A stretch of 64,000 bases of DNA from an uncultured Gammaproteobacteria bacterium (GCA_963697495.1 CAVOOH010000004.1:320245-384244), one strand, 5' to 3'; positions 1 to 14,637 are shown, numbered from the stretch's first letter. Notes: generated by a model not told the origin, from the letters alone. Made by a program: numbers and translations.

Positions 1-990
1 GCGCGGCAGCAGCGCGTGCACTTCAGCGTGCCGGCCAGCATCGGCGACGGCAGCGCGTCGATGGCGATGTCGCTGTCGGCCGACCTCAAGCGCGTCGCGT
101 TCGTGCAGAGCTCGTACGCCGCCGCCAGCGAAGTGCATGCCGGTCCGCTCGGCGCCGCGCCGCCGCCGGCGGTCACCATGTTCAATGCCGCGTTGAAGCC
201 GGCCTGGGGCAAGGCCGAATCGGTGGAGTGGAACAACGAAGGCTTCCACGTGCAGGGCTGGCTGCTGTATCCGGCCAACTACGACGCGAACAAGCGCTAC
301 CCGATGATCGTCGTGGTGCACGGCGGCCCCTCGAGCGCGGTGATCCCGCGCTGGCCCGGCGTCGGTTACGGCGGCGCGCCGCTGGCGGCGCTGGGCTATT
401 TCGTGTTCATGCCGAACCCGCGCGGCAGCTTCGGCCAGGGCGAGCAATACGTGCAGGCGAACCGCCAGGACTTCGGCTACGGCGACCTGCGCGACATCCT
501 CTCCGGCGTCGACGCGGTGGAAAAGAAAGTTCCGGTCGACGATCACCGGCTCGGCCTCACCGGCTGGAGCTACGGCGGCTTCATGAGCATGTTCGCGCCG
601 ACCCAGACCCAGCGCTTCCGCGCGGTGGTGGCCGGCGCCGGCATTTCGAACTGGCAGAGCTACTACGGGCAGAACCTGATCGACCAGTGGATGCCGCCGT
701 TCTTCGGCGCCAGCGTGTACGACGACCCGGCGGTGTATGCAAAGAGCTCGGCGATCAATTTCATCAAGCAGGTGAAGACGCCGATGCTGATCGTGGTGGG
801 CGACCGCGACGCCGAATGCCCGGCGCCGCAGTCGTTCGAGATGTGGCACGCGCTGCGCGCGCAGAACGTGCCGACCTCGCTGGTGGTGTACCCGAACGAG
901 GGCCACCACTTCGTCGATCCCGCACATCAGCGCGACGTGCTGCAGCGGGCGCTGGGCTGGTTCCAGAAATACCTGCCGGCCGGCGGCTGA
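1..990 (+). CDS. S9 family (prolyl oligopeptidase/acylaminoacyl) peptidase, 5'-truncated by the window edge
   Basis: HGGP motif, GWSYGG nucleophile elbow, catalytic Asp (GDRDAEC) and His (EGHHF); the frame is open to the window start. Confidence 0.9.
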   Translation, partial: ARQQRVHFSVPASIGDGSASMAMSLSADLKRVAFVQSSYAAASEVHAGPLGAAPPPAVTMFNAALKPAWGKAESVEWNNEGFHVQGWLLYPANYDANKRYPMIVVVHGGPSSAVIPRWPGVGYGGAPLAALGYFVFMPNPRGSFGQGEQYVQANRQDFGYGDLRDILSGVDAVEKKVPVDDHRLGLTGWSYGGFMSMFAPTQTQRFRAVVAGAGISNWQSYYGQNLIDQWMPPFFGASVYDDPAVYAKSSAINFIKQVKTPMLIVVGDRDAECPAPQSFEMWHALRAQNVPTSLVVYPNEGHHFVDPAHQRDVLQRALGWFQKYLPAGG

Positions 991-1008
991 GCGCGGGCGA
1001 CGGCGGCT

Positions 1009-1034
1009 TTCCTGCCGGCCCACGCCGGCAGGAA
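1009..1034. terminator. Hairpin between convergent genes
   Basis: TTCCTGCCGGC-CCAC-GCCGGCAGGAA, perfect 11-bp stem. Confidence 0.6.
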
Positions 1035-1038
1035 TTCC

Positions 1039-1218
1039 TCACGATTCGGGCGGGTCGCGCCGACGCGTGCGAGTGACCGCGCCGACGATGCCGATGCCCA
1101 GCAGCACCACCACGCCGACGCCGATCCACTGGGAGGGCGCATGCAGCAGATAGGCGCCATAGGCGAGACCGCCGATCACGATGATCATGCCGATCAGATA
1201 GAGCGTAAATGAGGACAT
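1039..1218 (-). CDS. Small two-TM membrane protein (59 aa)
   Basis: MSSFTLYLIGMIIVIGGLAYGAYLL...; two hydrophobic helices, basic tail, GGAG RBS upstream. Confidence 0.7.
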   Translation of the reverse strand: MSSFTLYLIGMIIVIGGLAYGAYLLHAPSQWIGVGVVVLLGIGIVGAVTRTRRRDPPES

Positions 1219-1322
1219 CGTCGTCTCCGTGGCGAGCCGATGCGCGCACCCGCCGTTCATGACGGTCGATTTGAACCGGGTTGCCATCAGCATCGCGTGA
1301 AGCTTCCGCGCAATGCATCCGT

Positions 1323-2441
1323 TCAGAACAACTGACCTTGCGGCGAGGCCTTGCGCGGTGGCACGAAGCGCGAGGTATCGAGAGTGAGTTCGCGGGCGCG
1401 CCCGAAGCCGTGCCGGCGGCAGGCGACCTCGAAGCGGCGGCGCAGCAGGTCGGCGAACACGCCCTGGCCGCGCATGCGGGTGGCGAAGTTGCTATCGTAG
1501 TCGCGGCCGCCGTTCATCTGCTGGACCAGGCTCATCACGTGTTCGGCGCGCTGCGGCGCGTGCAGGGCCAGCCATTCACGGAACAACTGCTTCAGTTCAT
1601 ACGGCAGGCGCAGCGTGGTGTAGCCGGCGCAGCTTGCGCCGGCGTCGGCCGCCTCCGCCATCACCGCTTCCATGTCGCGGTCGTTCAAGGCGGGAATGAT
1701 TGGCGCCACCAGCACGCCGACCGGTACTCCGGCGTCGACCAGGGTGCGGATCGCCTTGATCCGCCGGTGCGGCGCGCTGGCGCGCGGCTCGAGTTTCGCG
1801 GCGAGGTGGTTGTCCAGCGAGTTGACCGAGACGAATACCTGCACCAGCTTCTCGCGCGCCATCGGCGCCAGGATGTCGAGATCGCGTTCGACCAGCGCGT
1901 TCTTGGTCACGATGGTGCACGGGTGATGGCATTCGGCGAGCACGTCCAGCGCGGCGCGGGTCAGCCGCCACTTTTTCTCGATCGGCTGGTAAGGGTCGGT
2001 GTTGCTGCCGATGTTGATCGGCTTCGGCACGTAGCCGGGCTTGGCCAGTTCAGCGCGCAGCACCTCGCCGAGGTTGCCCTTCGCGCGGATCTTCGTCTCG
2101 AAGTCCAGTCCGGGCGACAGGTTGAGGTAGCTGTGGCTGGGCCGGGCGAAGCAGTAGATGCACCCGTGCTCGCAGCCGCGGTACGGATTCATCGCCTGCT
2201 CGAAGGCAATGTCGGGCGAGTCGTTGCGACTGATCACGCTGCGTGCGCGCTCCTCGGTGACTTCGGTACGCGGGCGCGGTGCGTCCTCGTCCAGCAACGC
2301 ACTCTGCCAGCCGTCGTCCTCGGCCTGATGGCGGATGCTTTCGAAGCGGCCTTCCGGATTGGAGGCGGCGCCGCGGCCCTTGAGCACGCGCGTCGTCGGG
2401 AGCCGTTCCAGCGGGGTCGATGGTGGCGAGGGGGCGTCCAT
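1323..2441 (-). CDS. PA0069/Rv2578c-family radical SAM protein (SplB-like)
   Basis: NPYRGCEHGCIYCFARPSH (CxxxCxxC), NTDPYQPIE, C-terminal QGQLF clamp-binding-like motif. Confidence 0.9.
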   Translation of the reverse strand: MDAPSPPSTPLERLPTTRVLKGRGAASNPEGRFESIRHQAEDDGWQSALLDEDAPRPRTEVTEERARSVISRNDSPDIAFEQAMNPYRGCEHGCIYCFARPSHSYLNLSPGLDFETKIRAKGNLGEVLRAELAKPGYVPKPINIGSNTDPYQPIEKKWRLTRAALDVLAECHHPCTIVTKNALVERDLDILAPMAREKLVQVFVSVNSLDNHLAAKLEPRASAPHRRIKAIRTLVDAGVPVGVLVAPIIPALNDRDMEAVMAEAADAGASCAGYTTLRLPYELKQLFREWLALHAPQRAEHVMSLVQQMNGGRDYDSNFATRMRGQGVFADLLRRRFEVACRRHGFGRARELTLDTSRFVPPRKASPQGQLF

Positions 2442-2587
2442 CGGCACAGTGTCGCGCGGCGATGTCTCAGCCGCCGCGACATCTTTCCAAGGGGGTGATA
2501 CGGCGCGCGCCGGACGCGCCATGGCGGCGCTATGATGCGGCCGTACGCCGCCGCAGGCGGCGCGTTTCCACCTGTCGGGGCTTTCTC

Positions 2588-2827
2588 ATGCGCTGGCTGA
2601 TGCTCGCCTTCACCGTGTTCGCGCTTGTGCTGTGCTTTACCCGCCACAGTGCCGGCGCCTGGGGTTTCTGGATGCTGGTCGGGGTGCTCGGTATCTTCGC
2701 CACCACGCTGGCTTTCGCGCAAGCGCGCATCGCCGGCAATGCGCGCGGCGACAGCCTGTCCGAGTACGACCTGAAGCGGCTGCGCGAGGGCAAGCCGCCG
2801 CTGAAACACGACCGCGGCGCGGGCTAG
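2588..2827 (+). CDS. Small membrane protein
   Basis: MRWLMLAFTVFALVLCF...; two TM segments and a charged tail. Confidence 0.65.
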   Translation: MRWLMLAFTVFALVLCFTRHSAGAWGFWMLVGVLGIFATTLAFAQARIAGNARGDSLSEYDLKRLREGKPPLKHDRGAG

Positions 2828-2837
2828 GTTCCCCGCG

Positions 2838-4508
<1,671 letters not shown>

Positions 4509-4665
4509 GCAGGTCCTCCCGGATCCATCGCTTGACGCATGGCTAATGGCCTTCGCACCCGTCACGGCCGCTGCACACCCGCTGCACGCCAGTTCACCCA
4601 CGCTGGGCACGGCGTTGGACGGACAACGCGCCAACCCTATCCCTTGACCCAGACCGGAGTTCGCG

Positions 4666-4926
4666 ATGACTGCAAGTGGCCTGATTATATTCCTCATCAT
4701 CGGCGCGATCGCCGGCTGGCTTGCCGGCCTGATCGTACGCGGCTTCGGCTTCGGCCTGCTCGGCAACATCGTGGTCGGCATCGTCGGCGCCCTCCTTGCC
4801 GGCTGGTTGCTGCCGATGCTGGGGGTAGGCTTCAACCTGGGCAATCCGATCGTCACCAGCATCGTCTACGCGATGATCGGCGCGATCGTGCTGCTGGTGC
4901 TCATCGGCCTGATCCGTCGCGTCTGA
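4666..4926 (+). CDS. GlsB/YeaQ/YmgE (transglycosylase-associated) membrane protein
   Basis: [10 protein letters not shown]...[15 protein letters not shown] signature, three TM segments. Confidence 0.9.
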   Translation: MTASGLIIFLIIGAIAGWLAGLIVRGFGFGLLGNIVVGIVGALLAGWLLPMLGVGFNLGNPIVTSIVYAMIGAIVLLVLIGLIRRV

Positions 4927-4953
4927 CGCTCCGACGGTGCGGCCGGCAAAGCA

Positions 4954-4981
4954 AAACGCAGCGGCATGAACCGCTGCGTTT
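4954..4981. terminator. Bidirectional intrinsic terminator
   Basis: AAACGCAGCGG-CATGAA-CCGCTGCGTTT between convergent genes. Confidence 0.7.
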
Positions 4982-5001
4982 CGTGTGCCGCGCGATGCTA
5001 G

Positions 5002-6672
5002 TCAATCGTGGAGATCGACATCCTTGGTTTCGCGCACGAACAACATGCCGATCACGAATGTCATTGCCGCGATCGCCACCGGGTACCACAGACCGGCGTA
5101 GAAATTGCCGGTCGCCGCCACGATGCCGAACGATACCGAGGGCAGGAAGCCGCCGAACCAGCCGTTGCCGATGTGGTACGGCAGGCTCATCGAGGTGTAG
5201 CGGATCCGCGTCGGGAACATCTCCACCAGCCATGCGGCGATCGGCCCGTAGACCATGGTCACGTAAAGCACCAGCAGGGTCAGCAGCAGCACCAGCATCG
5301 GCGTATTGGTCTGTGCCGGGTCGGCCTTGGCCGGATAGCCGGCATCGGCGAGCGCCTTGCCGACGTTGTCGCCGAAGGCCTTGCTCCGGGCGGTGAAGTC
5401 GGCCTTCGACAGGGCCGCGCCCTCGAACGAAGGAAACTCCTTGCCGCCGATCGAGACCACCGCCGGCGTACCCGGGGCCCCGGCAACGTTCACGTAGGGC
5501 ACACCGCGTTTGGCCAGATAGCTCTTGGCCACGTCGCAGGAACTGGTGAAGACCTTCTTGCCGATCAGGTCGATCTGCACGCTGCAGCCGGCGGGATCGG
5601 CGCGCACCTGCACCGGTGCCGTCACGCTGGCCGCCTCGATCGCCGGATTGCCGTAGTGGGTAATGCCCTTGAAGATCGGGAAGTAGGTCAGTGCGGCGAG
5701 CAGGCAGCCGGCCAGCACGACGGGCTTGCGGCCGATCTTGTCCGAAAGCCAGCCGAACACCACGAAGAACGGCGTGCCGATCAGCAAGGCCGCGGCGATC
5801 ATCAGCTGGGTGGTGGTGGCGTCGATCTTGAGCGTGCTGCCGAGGAAGTACATCGCATAGAACTGGCCGCAGTACCACACCACGGCCTGGCCGGCGGTGG
5901 CGCCGAACAGGGCCAACAGCACCAGCTTCAGGTTGCCCCAGCGCGCAAACGACTCGGTCAGCGGCGCCTTCGACTGCTTGCCCTCGGCCTTCATCTGCTT
6001 GAACACCGGCGACTCGGCCAGCTGCAGTCGGATGTAGACCGACACCGCCAGCAGCAGCGACGACAGCAGGAACGGGATGCGCCAGCCCCAGTCGTCGAAC
6101 TTGTCGCCAAGCATCCATTTGCAGCCCAGGATCACCAGCAGCGACAGGAACAGGCCGAAGGTGGCGGTGATCTGGATGAAGCTGGTGTACAGACCGCGCT
6201 TGCCCTTCGGTGCGTGTTCGGCCACGTAGGTGGCCGCACCGCCGTACTCGCCGCCCAGCGCCAGACCCTGCAACATGCGCAACGCGATCAGGATCACCGG
6301 CGCGGCCAGACCGATCGATCCGTAGCTTGGCAACAGGCCCACGAAGAACGTGGACAGGCCCATGATCACGATGGTGATCAGGAACGTGTACTTGCGTCCG
6401 ACCAGGTCGCCGACCCGGCCGAACACCAGCGCGCCGAACGGGCGCACCGCGAAGCCGGCGGCGAACGCAAGCAACGCGAACACCAGCTGGCTCGCCTCGT
6501 TCAGGCCGGAAAAGAACTGGTGGCCGATGATCACGGCCAGCGAGCCGTACAGGTAGAAGTCGTACCACTCGAACACGGTGCCCAGGCTGGACGCCAGGAT
6601 CACCCGTTTGTGGCTGACGTCGAGCGCGGCGCCGGCATTGCTGCCGATGGCGTCAATGGCATTGGTGGCCAT
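5002..6672 (-). CDS. MFS transporter (MHS family, probable carboxylate permease)
   Basis: GTVFEWYDF, GDLVGRK, QGLALGGEYGGA, SDKIGRK. Confidence 0.9.
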   Translation of the reverse strand: MATNAIDAIGSNAGAALDVSHKRVILASSLGTVFEWYDFYLYGSLAVIIGHQFFSGLNEASQLVFALLAFAAGFAVRPFGALVFGRVGDLVGRKYTFLITIVIMGLSTFFVGLLPSYGSIGLAAPVILIALRMLQGLALGGEYGGAATYVAEHAPKGKRGLYTSFIQITATFGLFLSLLVILGCKWMLGDKFDDWGWRIPFLLSSLLLAVSVYIRLQLAESPVFKQMKAEGKQSKAPLTESFARWGNLKLVLLALFGATAGQAVVWYCGQFYAMYFLGSTLKIDATTTQLMIAAALLIGTPFFVVFGWLSDKIGRKPVVLAGCLLAALTYFPIFKGITHYGNPAIEAASVTAPVQVRADPAGCSVQIDLIGKKVFTSSCDVAKSYLAKRGVPYVNVAGAPGTPAVVSIGGKEFPSFEGAALSKADFTARSKAFGDNVGKALADAGYPAKADPAQTNTPMLVLLLTLLVLYVTMVYGPIAAWLVEMFPTRIRYTSMSLPYHIGNGWFGGFLPSVSFGIVAATGNFYAGLWYPVAIAAMTFVIGMLFVRETKDVDLHD

Positions 6673-6833
6673 GCTGTTTCCCCTCCCGAAATAGTGAGAT
6701 GCCCCTCCCCGTCAACACGAAGAGGGGCCGGAAGGTGCGGACCGTCCCTCGAAGCGGACCGCACCCCGTCATCCTCCCGGCACGACGGGAGGGTATTCCA
6801 TGGCGACTTACTCGCACCGCGTCGCCGTGACAG

Positions 6834-8210
6834 TCAGAAGCGATACAGCGCGTTGAGGCTGACCTGGTTGCCGCTGGTGGTCTTGCGGTCCACGCCGTTG
6901 CTGGTGGAGTCGATCTTGTCGTGCATCCATTCGGCGCTGAGGTCGTAGGAACCGGCGGTGTACTGCAGGCTCAACGCCGCTTGGCGGTTGCGCAGCAACC
7001 CGGTCGCGCCATTCCCCATCCAGGTGATCACGTCCTTGCTGTCGGGTTTGCTGTACGCGTAGAACGCGTACACGCTCCAGTTCGGCGTGAAGCTGTAGCC
7101 CGCCTGCACGAAGCCGCCGCTCTCCTGGATGTCGCCGAACTGCGACATCGCGCCGAAAATCTCGCCGAGGCCGCTGCCGGTGTAGGCCAGTCCCTTGAAG
7201 GTCCACGGACCGGGTTTCCACTGGCCGCCGACTTCGTAGCCGGTGCTCTTCACGCTGGACTGGATCGGTGTCGGCGCGGTGCCGCCCACGCCGCGCAGGT
7301 CGACGCGGCTGTAGTGCGCGGCGAAATACGCCAGCCAGTTCTTGTCCTGCACGCGCAGGCGCGCTTCCACCTGCGGGCGGAAGCCGACGCTGCCGGCGGT
7401 AAGGTAGTTGATGTTGTTGCCCGGCCCGCTCCAGGTCCCCTCGAAGGCGCCCACGTCCAGCCGCCATTGCGCACCGGTGCTGCCATGGTTGAGGTCCTGC
7501 ATCACCACCACGCCGGGGAAGCGCCAGCCGCCATAGCCGGCGCCGAAGCCCAGCGGGAACGCGATGTGGGCCAGCGAGGTCGGCGTGTTGTCGACCGGGA
7601 ACATCAGGTCCCACTGCTGGCCGATGCGCACCGTGGTGCCGCTCTCAGGGTTGGTCAGGTCCATGTAGGCCTGGCGCAACCGCGGCGTCGGTTGCTGCTG
7701 GCTGTAGGCGCCGGTGCCATTGAAGCCACCGAAGAAGTCCATCTCGATGCGCCCGCCACCGCTCCAGTTGCCGGCGAACTGGGCGCCCTTGAAGTCGAGC
7801 CAGAAGCGCGTGTTGCGCACGTCGACGCCGCTGAGCGAGCCGGTGGAACCGGGGATCGGGAACAACGCGTTCTGGCCGTTGCCGTAGGTGAAGCTCTTGT
7901 TCTGGCTGAATGCGCTGGCGCTGATGAAACCGTGCAACGCCACCGACACGCCCGGGGCACTGCTGAACACCGGCGCGGCGGCAGGGGCAGCGGCCACATT
8001 CTGGGCGGGTGCCGCCTGCGGCGCGGGTGCCGCCTTCTGCGCCTGGATCATCGCCTTCAATTCGTTCAACTGCTGCTCGAGCTGCGCCACGCGCTGTTCA
8101 AGCTGTTGTTCGCGCGTGTCGCTCTGCGCGTGGCCAGCCAGCGGAAGCATCAGCGCGCACGCCATGCTCAGGGCAAGCGCGGTGTAACGATGGGTGTGTC
8201 GCGTGGTCAT
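6834..8210 (-). CDS. Outer-membrane porin, DcaP-like
   Basis: Signal peptide, N-terminal coiled coil (LEQRVAQLEQQLNELK), RIEMDFFG and PRLRQAY motifs, C-terminal YRF. Confidence 0.75.
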   Translation of the reverse strand: MTTRHTHRYTALALSMACALMLPLAGHAQSDTREQQLEQRVAQLEQQLNELKAMIQAQKAAPAPQAAPAQNVAAAPAAAPVFSSAPGVSVALHGFISASAFSQNKSFTYGNGQNALFPIPGSTGSLSGVDVRNTRFWLDFKGAQFAGNWSGGGRIEMDFFGGFNGTGAYSQQQPTPRLRQAYMDLTNPESGTTVRIGQQWDLMFPVDNTPTSLAHIAFPLGFGAGYGGWRFPGVVVMQDLNHGSTGAQWRLDVGAFEGTWSGPGNNINYLTAGSVGFRPQVEARLRVQDKNWLAYFAAHYSRVDLRGVGGTAPTPIQSSVKSTGYEVGGQWKPGPWTFKGLAYTGSGLGEIFGAMSQFGDIQESGGFVQAGYSFTPNWSVYAFYAYSKPDSKDVITWMGNGATGLLRNRQAALSLQYTAGSYDLSAEWMHDKIDSTSNGVDRKTTSGNQVSLNALYRF

Positions 8211-8273
8211 GCGTGCGTCTCCCCGAGGTCGATGACGGGCCGAGCATGGCCATGCTGCAGCGCGGGCGACTAT

Positions 8274-8304
8274 TCGCCATTGGTCGAACTTCGACCAAAG
8301 TCGA
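8274..8304. promoter_or_regulatory. Tandem CrbR/ErdR-type operator boxes in the divergent porin-acs promoter
   Basis: TCGCC-ATTG-GTCGA followed by the palindrome TCGAC-CAAA-GTCGA (GAC-N4-GTC core); TACACT -10 element at 8341-8346. Confidence 0.6.
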
Positions 8305-8430
8305 GCCGGCTCCGCGCCGCCACCTCCGCGGCGATCGGGCTACACTCGAAATTCGTGCACCGCCGGGCGTCGACGTCTGCAGCGGTATCCCTGTCGCCAC
8401 CTTCCACGCCGAGCCAGCAGGAGCCCAGCC

Positions 8431-10371
<1,941 letters not shown>

Positions 10372-10379
10372 CCCTCAAG

Positions 10380-10484
10380 CCGTCATTCCGGCGGAAGCCG
10401 GCAGCGCTTTTCAACGGCGAATGCCGGCCGTCAAGCGCCTATCAGGCGCAAGTCACTGGACCCCGGCTTTCGCCGGGGTGACGG
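10380..10484. repeat. REP/REPIN-like palindromic intergenic element
   Basis: CCGTCATTCCGGCGGAAGCCGG ... GGACCCCGGCTTTCGCCGGGGTGACGG; two hairpins enclosed by CCGTCA/TGACGG inverted ends. Confidence 0.65.
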
Positions 10485-10494
10485 TTTGGAACCC

Positions 10495-11166
10495 ATGCCC
10501 GACATCCTGATCGCCGACGACCACCCGCTGTTCCGCGACGCGCTGCAGCGTGCGGTGCTGGCCGCCTTGCCGCAGGCGCGCGTGCACAGCGCCGACAGCG
10601 TGCACACGCTGCTCGGCTTGATCGAGCAATTCCCCGACGCCGAGCTGCTGCTGCTCGACCTGCACATGCCGGGTGCCCGCGGTTACTCCGCGCTGGCGCA
10701 TATCCGCGGGCAGTACCCGAGCCTGCCGACCATCGTGGTGTCCGGCCATGAGGAAGCGCAGGTGGCGCGCCGCGCGCTGGCGCATGGCGCGTCGGCCTAC
10801 ATCCCGAAATCCACGGCGAGCGAGGACATCGTGGCGGCGATCCGCGCCGTGCTCGACGGCGACGTCTGGCTGCCGCCGGCCCTGCTCGGTGGCCCCGGCG
10901 AACTCAAGCCCGACGAAGCGGCCGCCGCCGCGCAGATCGCCGCGCTGACGCCGCAGCAGTTCCGCGTGATGACGATGATCGCCGAAGGCCTGCTGAACAA
11001 GCAGATCGCGTGGGAACTCGGCGTCTCCGAGGCGACCGTGAAAGCGCACATGACCGCGATCATGCGCAAGCTCGGCGTCAACAACCGCACCCAGGTCGCG
11101 CTGATCGCCAGCCAGCTGGCGGTCGACCAGGAGAGCCTGCCGGCGCTGCCGGACGGCGAGGACTGA
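10495..11166 (+). CDS. NarL/LuxR-family response regulator (CrbR/ErdR-like)
   Basis: REC domain (IADDHPLFR, LLDLHMPG) plus LuxR HTH (LTPQQ...NKQIA..LGVSEATVKAH); adjacent to acs. Confidence 0.9.
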   Translation: MPDILIADDHPLFRDALQRAVLAALPQARVHSADSVHTLLGLIEQFPDAELLLLDLHMPGARGYSALAHIRGQYPSLPTIVVSGHEEAQVARRALAHGASAYIPKSTASEDIVAAIRAVLDGDVWLPPALLGGPGELKPDEAAAAAQIAALTPQQFRVMTMIAEGLLNKQIAWELGVSEATVKAHMTAIMRKLGVNNRTQVALIASQLAVDQESLPALPDGED

Positions 11167-11173
11167 CGCCCGG

Positions 11174-14100
11174 CTAGCGGCGCAACAACGCGGTCAGCAG
11201 CGCGCGCACCGCGGCCGGCCGCACCGGCTTGTGCAGCACCGGATAACCAAGCGCCCGCGCCCGCTGCTTCAGCTCGCTGCTGCCGTCGGCGGTGATCATC
11301 GCCACCGGCGGCAATTGGCCCAGCACCGTGCGCAGTTGCTGCAGGGCCTGCAGCCCGTCGATGCCGTCGGCAAGGTGGTAGTCGGCCAGGATGAGGTCGA
11401 TCGAACCTCGCGCCAGTTCCCCGCGCGCCTGCTCCGCGTTCAACGCGACGCGGCAATCGACGCCCCAGCGGCCGAGCAGCGCGCGCATGCCGTCGAGGAT
11501 GGCGGCGTCGTTGTCCAGGCACAGCACGGTCAACGGCAGCTGCTTGTCGGTGCCGCCGCGCTCCACCCGCTGGCGCCGCACCGGCACTGCTTCGTTGCGC
11601 GGCACGCGTCACCGCGAAGCAGCTGCCATGCTCGACCCGCGAATGCAGGTCGAGCCGGTGGCCGAGGATGCCGGCCAGGCGGTCGCAGATCGACAGGCCC
11701 AGGCCCAGCCCTTTCTCGCCCCACGGCGAGGGCTGTTCCAGCCGCTGGAATTCGTCGAAGATCCGCGCGCGCTGCTCCGCCGCGATGCCGGGACCGGAGT
11801 CCCATACCTCGATGCGCACCTCGGCGGCGCCGACCCGCCGCGCGCCGAGCAGCACGCTGCCCTTGCTGGTGTAGCGCAGCGCGTTGGAGAGGAAGTTCTG
11901 CAGGATCCGGCGCAGTAGTTGCGGGTCGCTGCGCACCGCCAGGCGCGGTCGGCACCACGCGCAGGCGCAGCCCGCGCTGCTCGGCGACCACCGCAAACTG
12001 CGCCTTCAGCGAATCGAACAGCTCGGCCAGCGCGAAGGCGCCGACTTCCGGGTGGTAGCTGCCGGCGTCGAGCCGCGAGACGTCGAGCAGCGCATCGAGC
12101 AGGTCCTCGGCGGCGCGGAACGACGCGTCGATGCGTTCGGCCAGTCCGCTCGCTTCCGCGTCCAGGCCGGGATGCTGGCGCAGCGCCGAGGTGAACAGGC
12201 GCGCCGCATTCAGCGGCTGCAGCAGGTCGTGGCTGGCCGCGGCGAGGAAGCGGGTCTTGGAGATGTTCGCCGTCTCCGCCGCACGACGCGCTTGCGCGGT
12301 GGCGACCAGCGCCTCGGACAGTTCGGCGGTGCGCTGCTCGACGCGCTGCTCCAGCGTCTCGTTCACCTCGATCAGCGCCTGTTCGGCATGCTTGTACGCG
12401 GTGACGTCGGTGTAGGTGGTGACGTAGCCGCCGCCGGGCAGCGCACGACCGCGCATCTCGATCACCGTGCCGTCCGGACGGATGCGCTGGAACAGGTGCG
12501 ACGAGCCGGCGCGCATGTAGTCGATGCGTTTGGCCACGTGGCCGTCCACCTCGCCGGGGCCGCATTCGCCCAGCTCGGCGTTCCAGCGGATCAGCTCGGC
12601 CACCGGCACGCCGACATGCACCATGCCGTCGGGATAGTCGAACAGCTCCAGGTAGCGTCGGTTCCACGCCACCAGGCGCATCTGCGCGTCGACCACGCTG
12701 ATGCCCTGCGAGACGTTTTCCAGGGTGGTGGACAGCAACTCGCGATTGAAACGCAGTTCCTGCGAGGCTTCGTCCAGCAACGCCATCGACTCGGCCAGAT
12801 CCAGGCCGCTGCCGGACAACGCGCTGATCAGGATGCGCCGTGCATTGGCCGCGCCCACCGCCGAGGCCAGCAACCGCTCGGTGTACTGGATCAGCGCACG
12901 GTCGGCCGCCTCGCCGGGCAGCAACGGCTTGCCGCGGCGCTGGCCGTATTCCTCGAACGCGCGCGCGCTGCTGCGCTCGCCGACGATGCGCTCGGCGATG
13001 GTGCGCAGGTCGGCCACCGCCACCCGGCCGCGCCAGTCGCCGGTGCCGCTGCGGCTGGCCGGATCGGCGTCCATGAACATCGCCGCGTGCAGGCGCTCCT
13101 CCAGGCTGGGCCGGAAACGCAGCGAGACGAACACCAGGCAGCCCACGTTGACCAGCAGCGACCAGAACGTGCCGTGCATCACCGGCTCCCAGCCGCTGAG
13201 GTGGAACAGCGCCTGCGGGCGCAGCCAGTCCCAGCCGAACGGCCCGTGGTGCAGCCACTGGTCGGAGCGGATCAGCGCCGGCAACAGCAAGGTGTAGAGC
13301 CATACCACGAAGCCGCCAGCCAGACCCACCACCACGCCCTGGCGGCTGGCCCCACGCCAGTACAACGCGGCGATCAGCGCCGGCGCGAACTGCGCCACCG
13401 CGGCAAACGCAAGCAGGCCCGTGGTGGCCAGGTTCTCCGCATTCGCGGCGACCCGGTAGTAGGCGTAGGCCATCACCGCCAGCCCGATGATCGCCACCCG
13501 GCGCACGCCAAGGACCAAATGCGACAGGTCGCTGCGGTGCTCCAGCCGCAGCCGGCGGATGCGCAGCAGCGTCGGCATCACGAGGTCGTTGCTGATCATC
13601 GTCGACAGCGCCACCGACGCCACGATCACCATGCCGGTCGCCGCCGAGAAGCCGCCGATGAAGGCCAGCAGCGCCATGCCGCGGTCGCCGTACGCCATCG
13701 GCAAGGTCAGCACCCAGGCGTCGGCGGCACCATCGCGCACCAGCGGCATATGCATGCCGGCCGCCACGATCGGCAAGACCGCCACGCTGACGATGGCCAG
13801 GTACAGCGGCACCATCCAGCGCGCGCGGGTGAGGTCGCCGGCGTCCTCGCACTCGACCATGCCGATCTGGAACTGCCGCGGCAGGCAGAACATCGCGCAG
13901 AACGCCAGCATGGTCTGCGCCAGGAAGCCAGGCGACAAGCCGCGCTCCAGTTGGTTCAGCGGAAGCTGCATGGTGCTCGCCAGTCCCGGCCCCTGCCATA
14001 GTGCGTAGCCGGCCAGCGCCACGAACGCGAGCAGCTTGATCAGCGACTCCAGCGCGATCGCCAGCATCATGCCGTGGTGGTGCTCGGTGGCATCGATGCT

Positions 14101-14637
14101 GCGCGTGCCGAACAGGATCGCGAACACCGCCAGCAGGGCCGCGCACCACATCGCGCTGTCGATGCCGCCGGCCGTCACCATGCCGTGCCTGACGCCGCCG
14201 AGCACGCCGTACGACATCGCCACCGCCTTGAACTGCAGCGCGATGTACGGCACCACCGCGATCACCGCGATCACCGCCACCAGCGCCGCCAGCCCGTGCG
14301 ACTTGCCGAAGCGCGCGCCGATGAAGTCGGCGATCGAGGTGATGTTGCGCTGCCTCACCACCTGCACCAGCCGGCGCAGCAGGCCGAAGCCGAACACGAA
14401 CAGCAGGATCGGCCCGAGGTAGATCGGCAGGTAGGCCAGGCCGTCGCGCGCCGCGGTGCCGACCGCGCCGTAGAACGTCCACGACGAGCAGTACACCGCC
14501 AGCGCCAGGCTGTAGACGATCGGGCGCAGGCGCGGCTGGCGCGGGTACAGCGGCCGGCGGTCGCCCGCGTAGGCCACCACGAACAGCAGCCCGACATACA
14601 GCAGCGACACCAGCAGCAGCAGCCAACCCTGGATCAA
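11174..14637 (-). CDS. CrbS/MxtR-like hybrid sensor kinase (SLC5-STAC-PAS-HisKA-HATPase-REC), with apparent frameshifts near 11940 and 11607
   Basis: YSLALAVYCSSWTFYGAVG, FLAAASHDLLQPLNAA H-box; NFLSNALRYT, DSGPGI and GLGLGLSI in another frame; REC domain in a third segment; TTG start inferred. Confidence 0.88.
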
